From: Negaprion brevirostris | Taxonomy: Eukaryota | Length of the DNA stretch: 64,000 nucleotides | NCBI GenBank assembly: GCA_030324005.1 | Contig: JARDVH010000059.1 | Span: 96,158,482 to 96,222,481, forward strand | Direction of reading: 5' to 3' | Part shown: piece by piece, positions 24,256 through 37,970 of the stretch | Layout: the number at the start of each line of letters is the position of its first letter | Numbering within the stretch: the first letter of the stretch is position 1 | Made by a program: the position numbers and the translations under genes | Notes under the pieces: model-generated | What the model was told of the DNA's origin: nothing | Seen by the model: only the letters and a program-made list of their open reading frames with translations | Database searches by the model: none

Positions 24256-24541
24256 GCAGATTTACTCATTTTTATAGGTTGCTTTTCTTGAGGTCCTAGA
24301 GACACTATTTCCCTAACACTTGAGGGAAACGTCCTCATTCTGAATACTTTTGATACTCCTTTTTGATTTGATGGAGCCTTTTTAACTTTAATTTTCAAAT
24401 TTTGTATTAGAGAAATGCAAAACAGTAGCATATAGATTGCACATTTAATTGGTGCAACAGAGCTGAATTTTTTTACTAGATTTTTAAATTTCAAAAAGCT
24501 ACGTGATATCAAGAGTGAAATCTAACTTCTATGTATTTGTT

Positions 24542-24590
24542 CTTGTGTTCCTATCTAGTAAGTTGATAACTTACTAGATAGGAACACAAG
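24542..24590. repeat. Perfect palindrome: 23-bp stem, 3-nt loop
   Basis: cttgtgttcctatctagtaagtt-gat-aacttactagataggaacacaag; the arms are exact reverse complements. Confidence 0.97.
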
Positions 24591-24929
24591 GTGAATAACT
24601 AATCATAAAACTTAAAACATTATGGAAAATTGCTCTGGGTTGTTTTGAGTGCTATTAACCTTAGAAACAGAATCCTGGAGTTTGTGTGGAAAGTGTTGAA
24701 CTTGAGTTGTTTGTGGCAGGAAGTCAGCAATAAGTGGAAACTGCTGAATGAATTCACAAGTCAGCGCCAGGTTGTTGCTACCCATAAGTAGGAGTAGCTA
24801 AGGAAATTGCTTTTGTTGATCCTCACAACAGCATATTTTAGTTTGAGCTCTGATACATAGCCCCACCCAAAACATGAACGTTTGTTCCTTTTTCAATAGG
24901 AAATGACCTGCTGTACAGTTTTTAAAAAT

Positions 24930-26580
24930 TATTTCACAGGATTTGGGCTTTGATGGCTAGACCAGCATTTGTTGTCCATCCTTAATTGCCCTTGAGAGAT
25001 TGGTGAGCCTTGAACTGCTCCCATCCATGCAGTGTAAGTAAAACCATAATGTTGGGGAGGGAGTTCCCCAGAATTTTGACCCTGCAAGTGAAGGAGTGGT
25101 GATATAGTTGCAAGTCAGGGTGTTGTGTGGCTTGGAGGGGAACTTGCAGGTGGTGGCATTCCCATGTGTCTACTACTCTTGTCCTTCTTGGTGGTAGAGG
25201 TTGCGAGTTTGGAAAGTGCTGTTGGAAGAGCCTGGGTGACTTGATGCAGTATATCTAGGAGCAAAGAGGAAATATGGGAAAATTACCTGTAGTGCAGAGT
25301 TCTAAATCCTTTACTTAACCTTGTGCAAACCCAGAAGGCACCAACAAGTACACCTTTCTAAGTTGTTACAGCTCAGAAGGAAGAAATGAAAATCAGTGTG
25401 ATAGAGCCTTCAACCTGTTTCTGTAAGTCAAGGTCTGTTTAAGAATGCCCACATTTAATAAGAGAAAAATTGTTTTATTCCCATCAACCAGAAAAGATCT
25501 TGGGCCCATGATTGAGTACTTTAGTCTGTTTTGGAATAAATTCCTGTACTGTTCAAGCAGTATGCTTTTTTTTCTGAAAGTTGCCAAGCTGCTTCACTGT
25601 TAAAGTTGCACTTCAGGCAACTTGGAATGTACTCCAACACACTGCTGAATTTGTGTCTTTGTGGATTATGGAAAGACTTTGGGGAGTCAGGTGTGCCACT
25701 TGGTGCAGAATGCCCACTTTCTGACCCCTTGTAATAGATGCAGTTAAGTTTCTCCTGGTCAATTGTGTCTCCACCCCGTCTTCAAGGATGTTGCTGGTGA
25801 AGGAATTCGGTGATAGTAATATCATTGAATGTTCAGTAAGTAGTTGCACGCTCTTGTTGAAAATGGTTATTGCTCAGAACTAGTGGTGAGAAGGACGCTA
25901 CTTAGCAATCCAACACACGTTGTTTAGGTCTTGATGCACACGGACCTTCTGCTTAATTATGTGAGGAATTGCAAATGAGATTGAATATTATGATCATTTG
26001 CAAACATTCCTACACCTAGCCTTATGCTGGAGAGAGGTTCAGTGATGAAGCAGCTGAAGTTGGTTGGACCTAGGACACTGACTTATGAGATGATTAGTCT
26101 CCAGCAACCAGCTCTTTATTTTTGTGCTGGAAGGCATCATTCCAGCAAGTGGAGAGTTTTTTTCTCCTGATTCACTTGACTTCCAATTTTTAGGACTCTT
26201 TGACATCACACTTGGTTAAAAAAAAATTCTCTTAATGGCAATGGTAGTCACTTGCTTCATACCCAGAGTTCAGCTCTCTCTCTTTGTCCATGTTCTGACC
26301 AAGTTTGTGTAATGAGGTCTGGAGTTGTGGGGCCTTGATAGAACTCTAGTTCAGGTGAGCAGGTTATGGTGAGTACAAATGCCGCTTGATAGTGCTATGG
26401 GTGGCATCTATTGTTGTTGGAACCTGCACCCTTTGCTGTATCCGGTACATTCAGGCATTTGATAACTGATGAAGTGAATTTGCTGCAGACTGGCTTCTGT
26501 GGGGATTGAGATAAACCTTTCGCTTGGTACTTCCATCTGAAGTTGGTTGCAGTGCTTCAGCCTTGTGTTTTTGCATTTGT
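24930..26580 (-). mobile_element. Decayed LINE (second family), interrupted
   Basis: ORF 25613-25849 remnant 'GQKVGILHQVAHLTPQSLSIIHK'. The 3' UTR at 24930-25255 matches the copies at 11480 and 35520. Confidence 0.7.
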
Positions 26581-29074
26581 GCACTCATAATTTACTGTGA
26601 TTTGTTTATTGCTTTGCTAATTACCAAGAAACTATGCTATTATTGTCATTACTATCAACTGATTGCCTGTGTTTGAAAAAAAAATCATTTTATCCTTTTT
26701 CAAATCAGTGTTCTTAAAATGTTAAATCAAATTATGTTCAGTTAGAGAAATTAATTTCATACATTTTTGGGTCAATTTAATAACAAAATTCTTTCAAATT
26801 CCATCATTGAGAAAAGTATATAATTTTTAATGGATTGCCATATATTGTCAATTTGCCACACGTAGGACAGAACCACAGATACTTATCATGCTGTAACTTG
26901 CTTTAACTTGTGAATTGCAGTCATCAGTGTATTTTTTTCTCCCCAGGCTTCTCTCGACTCGTGACGATTTATGTTTTAAAAACAGCTGTGAAGTAGTTTG
27001 GTGGCCTTGCGTGTACTACCACGGATTGTGGGGGCTCTGACTTGAGCATGTGAAACTTGTGCTGTTGGCAATTTTGTCAGTCAAATTGATGAAGGCGAGA
27101 GGCTTCCAAACAAGGGCAGGGAGTCAATCGCCCTCCTGCCTGTCAATTGCAAGGAATGTCAGCAGTAGGAAAATATTCTTGAATGCTTTCCACTATAAGT
27201 GCAAGTATGTGATATTAACTAGCACATTTATAACATCTACAGAGATGTAGAAGGGTGTTTCATGAGTTATCTGGTCTTACTGTGAGATTTGTGTTTTGAG
27301 AATGTTTTTACCTTCTGCTTCATGCCATTGCAGACTTTTTATATAAGGAATTTGGTAGCCGTGAAATCTAAGCTCTGCAAAAGTTTTAAAATGGGCTAAG
27401 TCCTTAATGATCTACACTATTTTTCTGGGTATTGATTTTGTATTTCCAACAGTTACATTTATTTCTGATTCTTGTTTTTCTATTTTTCTAACAAGAGAAA
27501 GCATGCCATTAAGTTTTGCAATTTGCTGTTAATCAGTCTGATCACTGAGCATTTTCCTCTCCTCCTGCATTATACTGAGATATACAGGTTGGGAGATGGG
27601 AAAGTTGCTGGCAGTGTACAGAGCAATGAATATCTGGGTGAAGAGTCTGTCTGAAAGGGTAGCATTAAAGATTAGTCTTAAGAGGTTTGGGTTTGGATTT
27701 CACAACTGCAGGATCTCTTCTATGGTAGACATACCTTAGCCACAGGCAGAAGGTAGAAATATTGAAAAGTGTGCGCGGAATATAAAATTATTTTAAATTT
27801 GTTTTTTCCTAAATTTAATATATTCAAACGTATTGAGTTTGCCACACGTGCAGCAACATCCTTATTCAGGCTCTTGTGATATGCCTCAATCTTTACTTTG
27901 CTGTTAATGACAATTAAACAGTTTGACAGTTCACTGTACCTTTTTACATGTGTTTCAAATTGAATAGTGGTTGGTTTGGGTGGTTATGCAAGGGATTTAG
28001 CTGATGTCATACACCACAAGAGTAAAGTTTATCTGAATCCAGTGGTTTTAGATTATTAAAATCATCTGTTAATAATAGGAGACTGCTTGTATTGTTAGGC
28101 ATGCATTGGGTCTCATCTTTTGGTTGCCTTGCTGTCCAGTTTCCTGGTATCATGTATGCAAAGTCCATTATTACTATTCAACCACATTTTAGTTACAGTT
28201 TGAGTCACTACCTGATTTTTTTTTTACTGCTGTTTTGCAGAGCTTTGAAGTTGTTACTGAAATACATACTTGATAACCCTCCTGTAGTCTTAGCCAAGCA
28301 GCAGATGCATGGCATTGTTGTCACTTATAGGTTTCCTTCCAAGCCCCCCACAACCTTGATTTTGAAACTATATCGTTCCTTCACTGTTGCTGGTCAAAAT
28401 CCTGACGCTCTCCTCCATGTTGAGTACGGTGGGTATATTTACACCATTTGGACTGTAGTAGTTCAAGAAGGGGGCTCACATTACCTTCTAAATGCAAATT
28501 AGAGGTAGGCATTAAATGCTGGCATATGGCATGTGAGCATCACTGGCTGAGAGAATTAAGAATAGTATTAACATTGGAAATGAATGTTAATATATTATTC
28601 TTGCAGAAGACCATTGAACCCATCCTCCAGTCAGTGGTACAAAATTTCCTTGTTATGGCATCCACTGTTGATTTCTAAGTGATTTGAGGTTTTGCCTCTA
28701 CTGCTGTTTTTATCTCATTCCAACTGTTTATATGAAGATTAATTTCCTTCAGTCATAAACATGCCTTTTACTAGTTTGAACTCATAGTTTACTCTGATTT
28801 TTCAGGATTTCTCATTTTTTCACTTTGTTTCAATGATCCACAAGGGAATGCAGCACTAGTGTGATCTGATTAGTATAGCTTGTGTATCTGGTCAGCTTTT
28901 CTGTTTGCACTTGATTGTCTTGGCTATATTTTTCAGCATTCATTAACTTTGCTGATTGTTGCTGTAAATTGGTTGGATATGTGGGGTATCATGTTCATTA
29001 AAACTTTGGATTTCTTTGAATTTTCAGCAATTTGCCACTATTTATGAATTCATTGAATCACAGAATCTTTAAGG

Positions 29075-30150
29075 TTGCAATCTCAGGTTTTCTCAGTGCC
29101 ATGTGTCAGTGAGGCTAGAAATAGGAAGATAGTTCAGCTCAACTCATGGCTAAACAGCTGGTGTATGAGGGAGAGTTTCAGATATCTGGACCATTGGGAT
29201 TTCTTCCAGGGCAAGTGGGATCTGTAGAAGAAGGACAGGTTGCACCTAAACTGATGAGGTATAAATATTCTGGTTGGGAGATTTGCTAGTGTCACACAGG
29301 AGGATTTAAACTAATTTAGCAGGGAGGTGGGAACCAAAGCAAAGGTGAATTAACTGAAGGGGACTAGAGAACACAGCCAGGAAAAGCAGGCAGGGGGTAC
29401 AGAAGGTAAAGTCGCATGGGATCAGAGGTGAGCTGGCAAATAGATACAGAACTGGCTCTGTCATAGAAGACAGGGTAGGAGTGGATGGGTGCGTTTCTGA
29501 ATGGAGGTTGTGACTAGTGGCATTCCTCGAGCTGGGACTTTGCTGCTTGTGAAATGTAACTGCTTTGATTAATAAGTTTGCGGATGACACAAAGGTTGGT
29601 GGAATTGCAGATAGCGATGAAGACTTGTCAGAGGATATTGGTTGGAGACTTGGGCAGAGAGATGGCAGATGGAGTTTAATCCGGGCAAGTGTGAAGTAAT
29701 GCATTTTGGAAAGTCTAATACATATGGGAAATGTACAGTAAGTGGCAGAACCCTTTAGAGAATTGATAAACAGTGGGATGTGTGTGTACAGGCACACAGG
29801 CCACTGAAAGTGACAACACACCTTGAGAAGGTAGTCAAGGAGGCATAAGGCATGTTTGCTTTCATTGGCCAAGGCATTGAGTTTGAAAACTGGCAACTCA
29901 GTGCTGCTTTATAGAATGTTAGTTGGGTCACACTTGAATGTAGCACCACACTGCCAGAAGGATGTGGTGGCTTTGGTGAGGGTACTAAAAAGATTTACCA
30001 GGGTGTTGTCTGGTACGTAGGACATAGCTATGAGGAGGAGTTGGAGAACTTGGTTTGTTCTCACTGGAACAACGGAGGTTGAGAGGCGACCTGAGAAGTC
30101 TACAAGATTATGAAGGGACAAGAGTGGATAGTTAGAAGCTTTTTCTCAGA
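29075..30150 (+). mobile_element. CR1 LINE with internal deletion (ORF1 esterase end fused to ORF2 RT)
   Basis: The 29150-29260 segment reads like the CR1 ORF1 SGNH end (F.YLDHWDFFQGKWDL*KKD.LHLN). It is followed by KVKSHGIRGE..., INKFADDTKVGG and WQMEFNPGKCEVMHFG. Confidence 0.88.
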
Positions 30151-30643
30151 ATTCGTTACGTAACTACAATGCTCTCTCAACTTAATTAAATATTTCTTGC
30201 CACCACTCATTCAATTTGTGGTTAAATTTAATTAATTACTATGTGTCTTGTCAAGCTACGTTCTCGGAAAGGAATGTTTGCTTCTACCAAGGCTTGCTTT
30301 ATTAATAGATCTATGGACGTGGAAGTACTCTCTTTTGCAGTTGGTTTTAAAATTCCATTGAATGCATACCACAGAACCAGTTATGCATGTATGCAACTTG
30401 TCATGCCCTGCGTCATCATAATTAGACTAGAAAAAATTCAATAACTGAACACTTTTATTCATTCATGGGACAGGGGGTCACTGACTGGCCAGCAATTATT
30501 TCCCATCCCTAGTTGCCCTTGAAGGTGGTAGCGATCTGCCTTCNNNNNNNNNNNNNNNNNNNNNNNNNNNNNNNNNNNNNNNNNNNNNNNNNNNNNNNNN
30601 NNNNNNNNNNNNNNNNNNNNNNNNNNNNNNNNNNNNNNNNNNN

Positions 30644-30800
30644 ATATGCCTATCCACTGACCATTTGAACGCCCTTAAAGTTGGCGAGTCCACAACTGCT
30701 GCAGGCAGGGCATTCCACATTCTTTGAGTAAAGAACCTACCTCTGACATCCGTCCTATAATTACCACCCCTCAATTTAAAGCTATGTCCCCTTTTTTCCA
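30644..30800 (-). mobile_element. CR1 LINE 3' ORF end
   Basis: ORF 30496-30801 'RGHSFKLRGGNYRTDVRGRFFTQRMWNALP' is the CR1 ORF2 C-terminus. Confidence 0.8.
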
Positions 30801-32149
30801 CCAGAAACCTTAATCAAGGACTTCCGGACATTTTGGAATTAGCAATTCTTTCAGCATACCAAACATTATGATTTGATTTTCTGAAAAGACCAATGCTAAG
30901 TGTACACTTGTACAATTTAAGCAATTTTATGACCTATGCCTCAGAGCATATTTTCACAACATCCAGTAACTGTACTAAATACCCAATGTGCAACTGCTCA
31001 AGCCCTTCAAAAAAACAAAAACAGAACATGTGGACTTAACAAAAAAAAACCTTTGTAATGCACCTATTTCCAGAAGCTAGTCTCATCAATAAATCACTGG
31101 GTGGCAGCATGGGTTGGCCCACAGTGCTGTTAGGAAGGGAATTCCAGGATTTTGACTGACAACTTGGAAATATGTTGCTGTTCCTTTGTAAAGATAGTGA
31201 ATGGCTTGAGAGGGATTTGCAGGTGGTGGTCTCCCCATTTATCTCCTCCCCTTGTCCTTCTAGATGGAAGGTGCTGCCTAAGGATCTTTGGTGAATTGCA
31301 CTCTGCAGTGGGGGAATAACTTTGTGAACAAGTATGCTGGAAAGTTGAGGGGGTGAATCCTCTTGAGGAGAAAGAGTTAAAAGAATATTATGTTTATACA
31401 TGGATGCTCTTGCAGGATCTGCAGGATCACGGTGAAACAGAAGTGAACCAAATACAGATGTCTTCTGATTTGGCAAATAAAGTGCTTTGAGTTAGAACCA
31501 AGATTGAACATCGTCAGGCCAGTCAGCAGCTGAACCACGTGGGGGTGGTTGCAGGTTCAATGTCTGGTCTCTGCTAAAATAACCAATTGGTGATGAGAAT
31601 GTTCGCTGTCCCTGGGCTTTTGTGGGAGCTGGGGTACTGTGGAGAGAGGGTCAAGGTTAATTCTACTGACTATTTTGTACTGAAAGTGCATGTGTGGAAA
31701 CTGGATAAGTGCGTTAATTTCGGAACCCTTTGTGGCCCACTAACCCATTGGCATTCACTTCTGAATAATGGCAGCTTGGCTCATTTATTAGATGATACCC
31801 AGACCCAGTCAAGGTGAAGGGGGAAATTTTGACAGAAAGAGACATGTAATCAGTTCACATCCTGAAATATAAGAACATAAGAACCTAAGAACNNNNNNNN
31901 NNNNNNNNNNNNNNNNNNNNNNNNNNNNNNNNNNNNNNNNNNNNNNNNNNNNNNNNNNNNNNNNNNNNNNNNNNNNNNNNNNNNNNNNNNNNACCTATCA
32001 AAAACCTATCTACCCACATCTTAAAAATATTTAGCGAGGCAGCCTCCACCACTTCAACGGGCAGAGAATACCAGGAAGATTTTGAGCTGGATGGCCTCGA
32101 GGGCTTTTTCCTGTTACGGTACTCTTAATACTCTGTATTAATTTCATTA

Positions 32150-32520
32150 TAAACCTTGTGTAGCTCCAATCAAGGAAGTTTTTGTGTAAGAATCAAGTTT
32201 AGAATGTTGAGGGGAGATCAAATTGTGCTGTTTGTAAAGGGTGTTCAGTATGGTAAATAAAGAGAAACTATTTCCCCAGTTAGTAACTGCACACAAGGAT
32301 ATTGATCTTGGAGATGCACCATTCGGGAGTAAAATCATGAAACATCTTTTCACGCAAAGTAGTGGAAATTTGGAATGTGCTCCAAAAGCTCTGCATTCTG
32401 GGTCAATTGTAATTGGTAGACACAGGTATCAAAGTATTTGGAAGAAGGTGGCTAAATGGAGTTGAGCTATAGGTCAACCATTATTTGATTGAACGCGAAA
32501 TAAACTTGAGCTGAATGGTG
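32150..32520 (+). mobile_element. CR1 LINE 3' end
   Basis: 'gaatgttgaggggagatcaaatt...aaacatcttttcacgcaaagtagtggaaatttggaat' (R.RGD.I; FFTQ..V..WN). Confidence 0.65.
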
Positions 32521-35519
32521 AGCAACCAGTTACAAAAAATGTTTACTGCAAACCTGACATTAAAAAAATACTCTAACTGTTCTGGGAAAAGTGTGTTTTT
32601 GTGCCAACACTTGTCACATTTCCTCGACTTAACAGGACGTTTTGTACACTGAGTAACAGCTATCCACCTGGTGTAACTATTGTTTCAAGACCTAGTATTT
32701 CTGTGCAACCTTCAGTTATCTTCAGTATTTTTCACTATCTTTCATGAATGCGCTGGATACTTCAAGTTTTTTTAATCATTTAGCAACACAAGAAACAGAA
32801 CAGTTATTTATTCAGATTGATGTTTCACATTTCAGCAGTGATACTTTGTGCTGTGGTCAGTTGCTGGGTACAAAGTATTGCCAAGTTAAATCATGCTTGT
32901 TTGATTTTCAATTTCTCCTGGCCTGAAATGCCTCAGAATGGGAGGAAAAGGAATAATTTTTATGCAAAATGCTGATTGGTTGCTCTTGCTCAAAAATAGT
33001 CACTTTTTAAGAGACAAGACTGCAAAGTAAAATTGCAGCATGAAGTAGTGTTGCCTGGTCATACATGTGAGGAAGTTTAAGCCGTTAGCATATTTTCAGC
33101 ATTAGTTTACAATGAAGAATTGCCCAATATCATAGTATTTTGTGACGCAAGGAGGGGCAAAATGAATGAACATTGTGACATTTAGTTTTTGTTTCCTAAA
33201 TTTTTAACTAAGGACAGAGTTTAAACCCAAGCCTTGGTGGCCATTTGAACTTCACTACCTTCATTTTATTATCTTCTGTTCCATACCAATAAATTGAGTC
33301 ATTAATTGGAAATGCAAAGGGAAGGATAACTATAATTCCAGGTAGTCCCACCTCCATACTGCATTTGTTGGTTTTGCTGATTGAGGGTTGTAGCAAACAA
33401 TTATACTTGTAGAGAAGCTTCAGATCCTCAACACTGAACCTGCTAGAATTGTGCTTGTAGTATATCTGGTTAAGATCCAATCAGCTGCAGCAATATTTCT
33501 ACCCCACTTGCCCCAAACAGACACCCACACAGTGGCAATTTCCTGATGGTTTGCTGTTTAGATTCAAAGATGTGCAACAGCCACTTGAATGAGATGCTGG
33601 AGACTGCTTGGTGCCAGTGAAAAGTGTAACTTGGCAAAAGGTTGACTTTGGTGAAAAATACCCAGTGAACAAAATAATTCCTATCGATTTCTCTTGCCCA
33701 GGTTGTGCACAATTTTCTCAAATTGCACCTTTTTTGAGTGATAATTAAATAATTTCCTTGCCTTGAAACTGAAACAAAATAGATTTTTATGGGGAGAGCT
33801 CAGAAGTCTGCTACAAGCATGAGATCTCAATTTTGCAAGGCCAAATGTTTGGCTGATTGAGGGCACTTATTTACTCTGGCACATTATTNNNNNNNNNNCA
33901 TTATTATTGCAAGCAACGGATATATTTTGCTGTTTTATTGTGTACTCCAAATGCAACTTGAAATGTGTGCCTCTATATAAAGAAGTCTTGCAGATAACTC
34001 CCTTCTGGAGTTCAGCCTGATGGAGGTTGAGAGTTTGATTCAACAAGAAGAGTAATGGGCATTCTGAAATGGTAATATAAAATTGGGGGAGGGAGGTCTA
34101 GAAGGACAGCTGAGTAGAGGTGTGATTGGGAACAGGGTTTGTGGAAGGCTCGATGTGACATAGATTTATTCTAGACCCTTTCTATTTAACATTTCTGCAC
34201 ATAAATTAAGGTGACCCTTTTGTTTTTCATTCCTAATGAACATTCAACCATTTCCTGTTGATTGTAAGGTTACACCATTCACTTTGGAACCAAATTGGAA
34301 AGAAAATTTCAGCTTTTATTGAAAGCAAGTTCTACTGCTATTTCCCTGGTCCTTCTCTAAATCATGAGTTATACTTCTACCCTTGCACCTTGAATAAATA
34401 TTTGGGAGTATGTGGACTCCACGGAAGCCTGAGTCTGAAAGATGTGTATTCTTCTACCAGCTCTCGTTGCAATATCCAAAGTTGTCACTCAATTTTTCCT
34501 CATTGCCAGTTCAGGCAAAGTCCTTAGTTGGGGCCTCCTTGAATATGTAGTGTAGGCAACCACTTTCTCAGCCCCAGCAAAGACAGGATGCATATCTTCC
34601 TGGTCTGTCATAACAGATTAACAAAATAATGCAGTCATTAGTTTGGTGTGCACTAACAATACAGATGTAACAAAAATGTCATTGCTTTTTAAATGGTCTT
34701 GTGTGGGCTCAGTATGTTCGCTTAATCAGCGACTATAAATTTGCTTGGCACCAGTGTTGCAGCAGATGGTAAATCTCAATATTCTTGCACTGTAACTCAA
34801 CTTGAGTGATGCCATTTCCTCCTCAAAAAATACAATTGAACTTTTAATAACTTACCAATTCAGGGAAAATGTATTTTTGTGCTTATTGGTCTCTTTTCCA
34901 TGATGAATAAATGTTCCTAAGCTGAGTGTTTAGGCAGGCTGATGTGAATATGAAAAATAAATTTGTGACATTGTCTAAAATGCAAGGTTTTTTGAGCAAA
35001 TTTTTTTGAAGTTAATGACTGTTAGGCAGTGAAGGTCAGTCAGGACTGTTTCTTGTTCCAGATAAAATTGCTTTCAGTTACACGCAAACTATTGATCAAA
35101 ATTGTCTCGCTTCTCTCCACTTAAACATAATTCCCAACTTACTTTCCATTGGCCTTAGGAGCAATATAGAGTATGTAATGCTAACTTATGATTTCCCCAA
35201 AAATCCGCAATTATTTATAGACATGGAAGTTCTTCGTTTCCCTGGCTTATTCCCCAAAGCCTACCCTTTCCTTGGATGCACTTCAGTACCTTAACTATGT
35301 GGCTGTTCTTACCTGTCAGCCCAAAAGTGGGAATGAACAGACGATTTAATTTTATAGATAAAATATCTGAATATTTTCCAGTCACTAGAGTCATTGTGTT
35401 GTGATTAGGATTTGAATATCTTGGCTGAATGCATTGGGTTGCTTTTAATGACTAGAATTTTGTTTTGCGATAGATGTAAGTATAATTTTTCTTACATCTT
35501 TACTTCCCAATAAACAGTA

Positions 35520-36130
35520 AGTATTGTTGGCAAGGCCAGCATTTGTTGCTCATCCTTCATTACTTTTCAGAGGCTGTTGGTGAGTTGTCATCTTGAAATG
35601 CTGCTGCCCCTTTATATCGATGTACCACAGTGCTATTGGGAAGGGAGTTCCAGGAATAGGATCCAGTGACTGCAAAGGACTATAGTCACTTCCAAGTCAG
35701 GATAGTGTGTGGCTTGAAGAGGATCTTGCAGATCATTGTGTTCCCATGCACCTGCTGCCCCTTTTCCTCAACATGGTTGAGGTCTCAGGTTTGGAAAGTG
35801 TTGTTGAAGGACTGTTAGTGAGTTGCTGCAATGCGGCGTATCAGTGATATACACTGCTGCCACTCTGCATCGGTGGTAAATGGAATGCTGGTCAAGCAAG
35901 CTACTTTATCCTAGATAATGTTGAATTTCTTGTGTACTGTAGGAATTGTACTCATTCAGGCAAGTGGAGAGTATTCCTTCACATTCCTGACTTGTGCCAT
36001 GTAGATAGATAGTGGACAGCCTTTGAGAATTGGGATGTGACTTGTGCATCAGAATTCCCAACCATTGACCTCTTATAGCCTCTATACTTGGTGATTCCAC
36101 TCAAGTTTCTGGTCGGTGGTAACCTCTAGC
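35520..36130 (-). mobile_element. LINE 3' fragment (second family)
   Basis: ORF 35906-36100 'RGQWLGIL..SHPNSQRLSTIY', plus the family 3' UTR. Confidence 0.75.
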
Positions 36131-36919
36131 ACGTGTACTTGTCACAGTGCAGTTATGCAAAACATTTGCACTTAATTGGGCTGTTAACATTTGATGCCAC
36201 ACAGGTTTCCATTGTGGGGATCCCAGGGCTCCATAAGATTATTTTCTATCTGCCCATCTGTTATACTTTTTTTGAAGTTAGTTGCACTTCTGTTGCTATC
36301 TATTTACTAAAGGGGAAATATTCTGCACTGCTGGTAGTGTTTTGTGAAGCTGAACTTTGGAAGGTAAAACAGCAGGAAGACTTTTCCAACTCAACAGTTA
36401 GAACACTGTTACTCAAAAGAAATGTTCTTGAGACATTTTCTCTTATTAAAAGCATGAGGTATTATAAGTCAAAATTTTCCATTGAGTGAATTAATTTTAA
36501 AAAGTGAAGTAGCAATCAGCTGGTGGGCCCAGATAACCCAAGTCACTTTTCAATAATTATAGTCGTAAAATATCTTATGTGCTCAATGACGTGAAAACTC
36601 ACATTCAGCCCCAATCATTGTCCTGTCCTTGGGCATAAAGTTGAGAGGTGAGCCTTGTAGATTTCAAGCAGGTGGTCTGCTTGTGCTTTATTTTGGGAGT
36701 ACATGTTCTTCAGCTGGAATGCTAAGCATGCACATTGAATTCCTGAGCACCTCCATTGGATTCTGTAGCCTGTTGTAAAGTCTGTTTCAAATCCTTAAGC
36801 TCTTTTTAAAATGGGTGTAAAGACAATAATTATAGGCAAATATTACCCTGAATTGTAATAGTCTACTTGCTTGCCTCCCAATTTTCTGCTTCCTTTCTCA
36901 AATACATGAACTCCTTGAT

Positions 36920-37970
36920 GAGAGATGATGCCATTGGTGCCCATACATGCCTGTTCTCCAGTATCACAGATGCCAGTCTTCTAATTTGATTCACTTCCCA
37001 TATATATCAAGAATTAGTGAAGATCCAGGAAAATGTAAAATTTATGAGAATGGTGGAAGACTCTCCAATGATTTGAGGCATACCCAGCAGAAAGAAAGAT
37101 GGTTGTGGTTGTTGGACATTGAAGTAACTGTTCCTCAAGGTAGTGTCCTCAGTACCAACCATCTTCAATCATAAGGTCAGAGTGGGGTTGTTTGCTTAAG
37201 ATTGCACAATACTCAGTGCCATTCATGAATCCTCAGATACTGAAATTGCCTGTGTCCAAATGCAGCATGACAACATTCAGGCTTGTATTGAGAGCGGTCA
37301 GTATTCACAGCACGCAAGTGCCAGGCAGCGGTCAGCCCCAACACGTTCTGGGTGTGGTGAAGTTTTTAACCATTAACCAAAAACTTAATTGGATTAGCCA
37401 TATAAATACTGTGTCTATAAGAGATCTGAGGCTGGGAATTCTGTGGTGAGTAACTCAAATCTGATTCCACAAAGTCTGTCCACAATCTGTAAGATGCTCA
37501 AGTCAGGAATATGATCCAGTGCCCTCCAGTTGGTTGGCTACGTGTGGCTCCACAAACAGTTGAGAAGCTTTACAGCATCCAGGACAAAGCAGCATGCTTA
37601 ATTGGCATCCCATCCACCACCTTGCTTGTACTCCCTCCACAACTCATACATAGTGGCAGCATTGTGTACTCTATGCAATATGCTCACTAAGGCACCTTTG
37701 ACAGCACCCACCAAACCCATAATCTCTACCACCTAGAAGGGTAAGGACAGCAGGCACAAATGAGTGCCACCACCTGCAATTCCTCAATCCAGACCATACA
37801 GCCTCCTGACTTGAAACTGTGACACTCCTTCACTATAAATGGGTCAGATTAATGGAACTGTCTTCCGAATCAGTGGTGTGGGTATATCTATTCCATGGAC
37901 TGCGATGGCTCAAGAAGATAATGAGCAGCAAATGATGGCCTTGCCAGCCACCACCCTCACCTTGTGGAAA
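36920..37970 (+). mobile_element. LINE 3' fragment (second family), opposite orientation
   Basis: VPQGSVLS (RT), INQKLNWISHINTV...LRLGIL and 'atccaggacaaagcagc' (IQDKAA). Confidence 0.78.

Noticed and set aside
29306-30121. 196-aa and other minus-strand ORFs
   Set aside because: Antisense frames of a CR1 RT fragment.
31510-31820. Possible ancient SINE or conserved element (tRNA-like 'gcaggttcaatgtctggtc')
   Set aside because: Too degenerate to assign without a database search.
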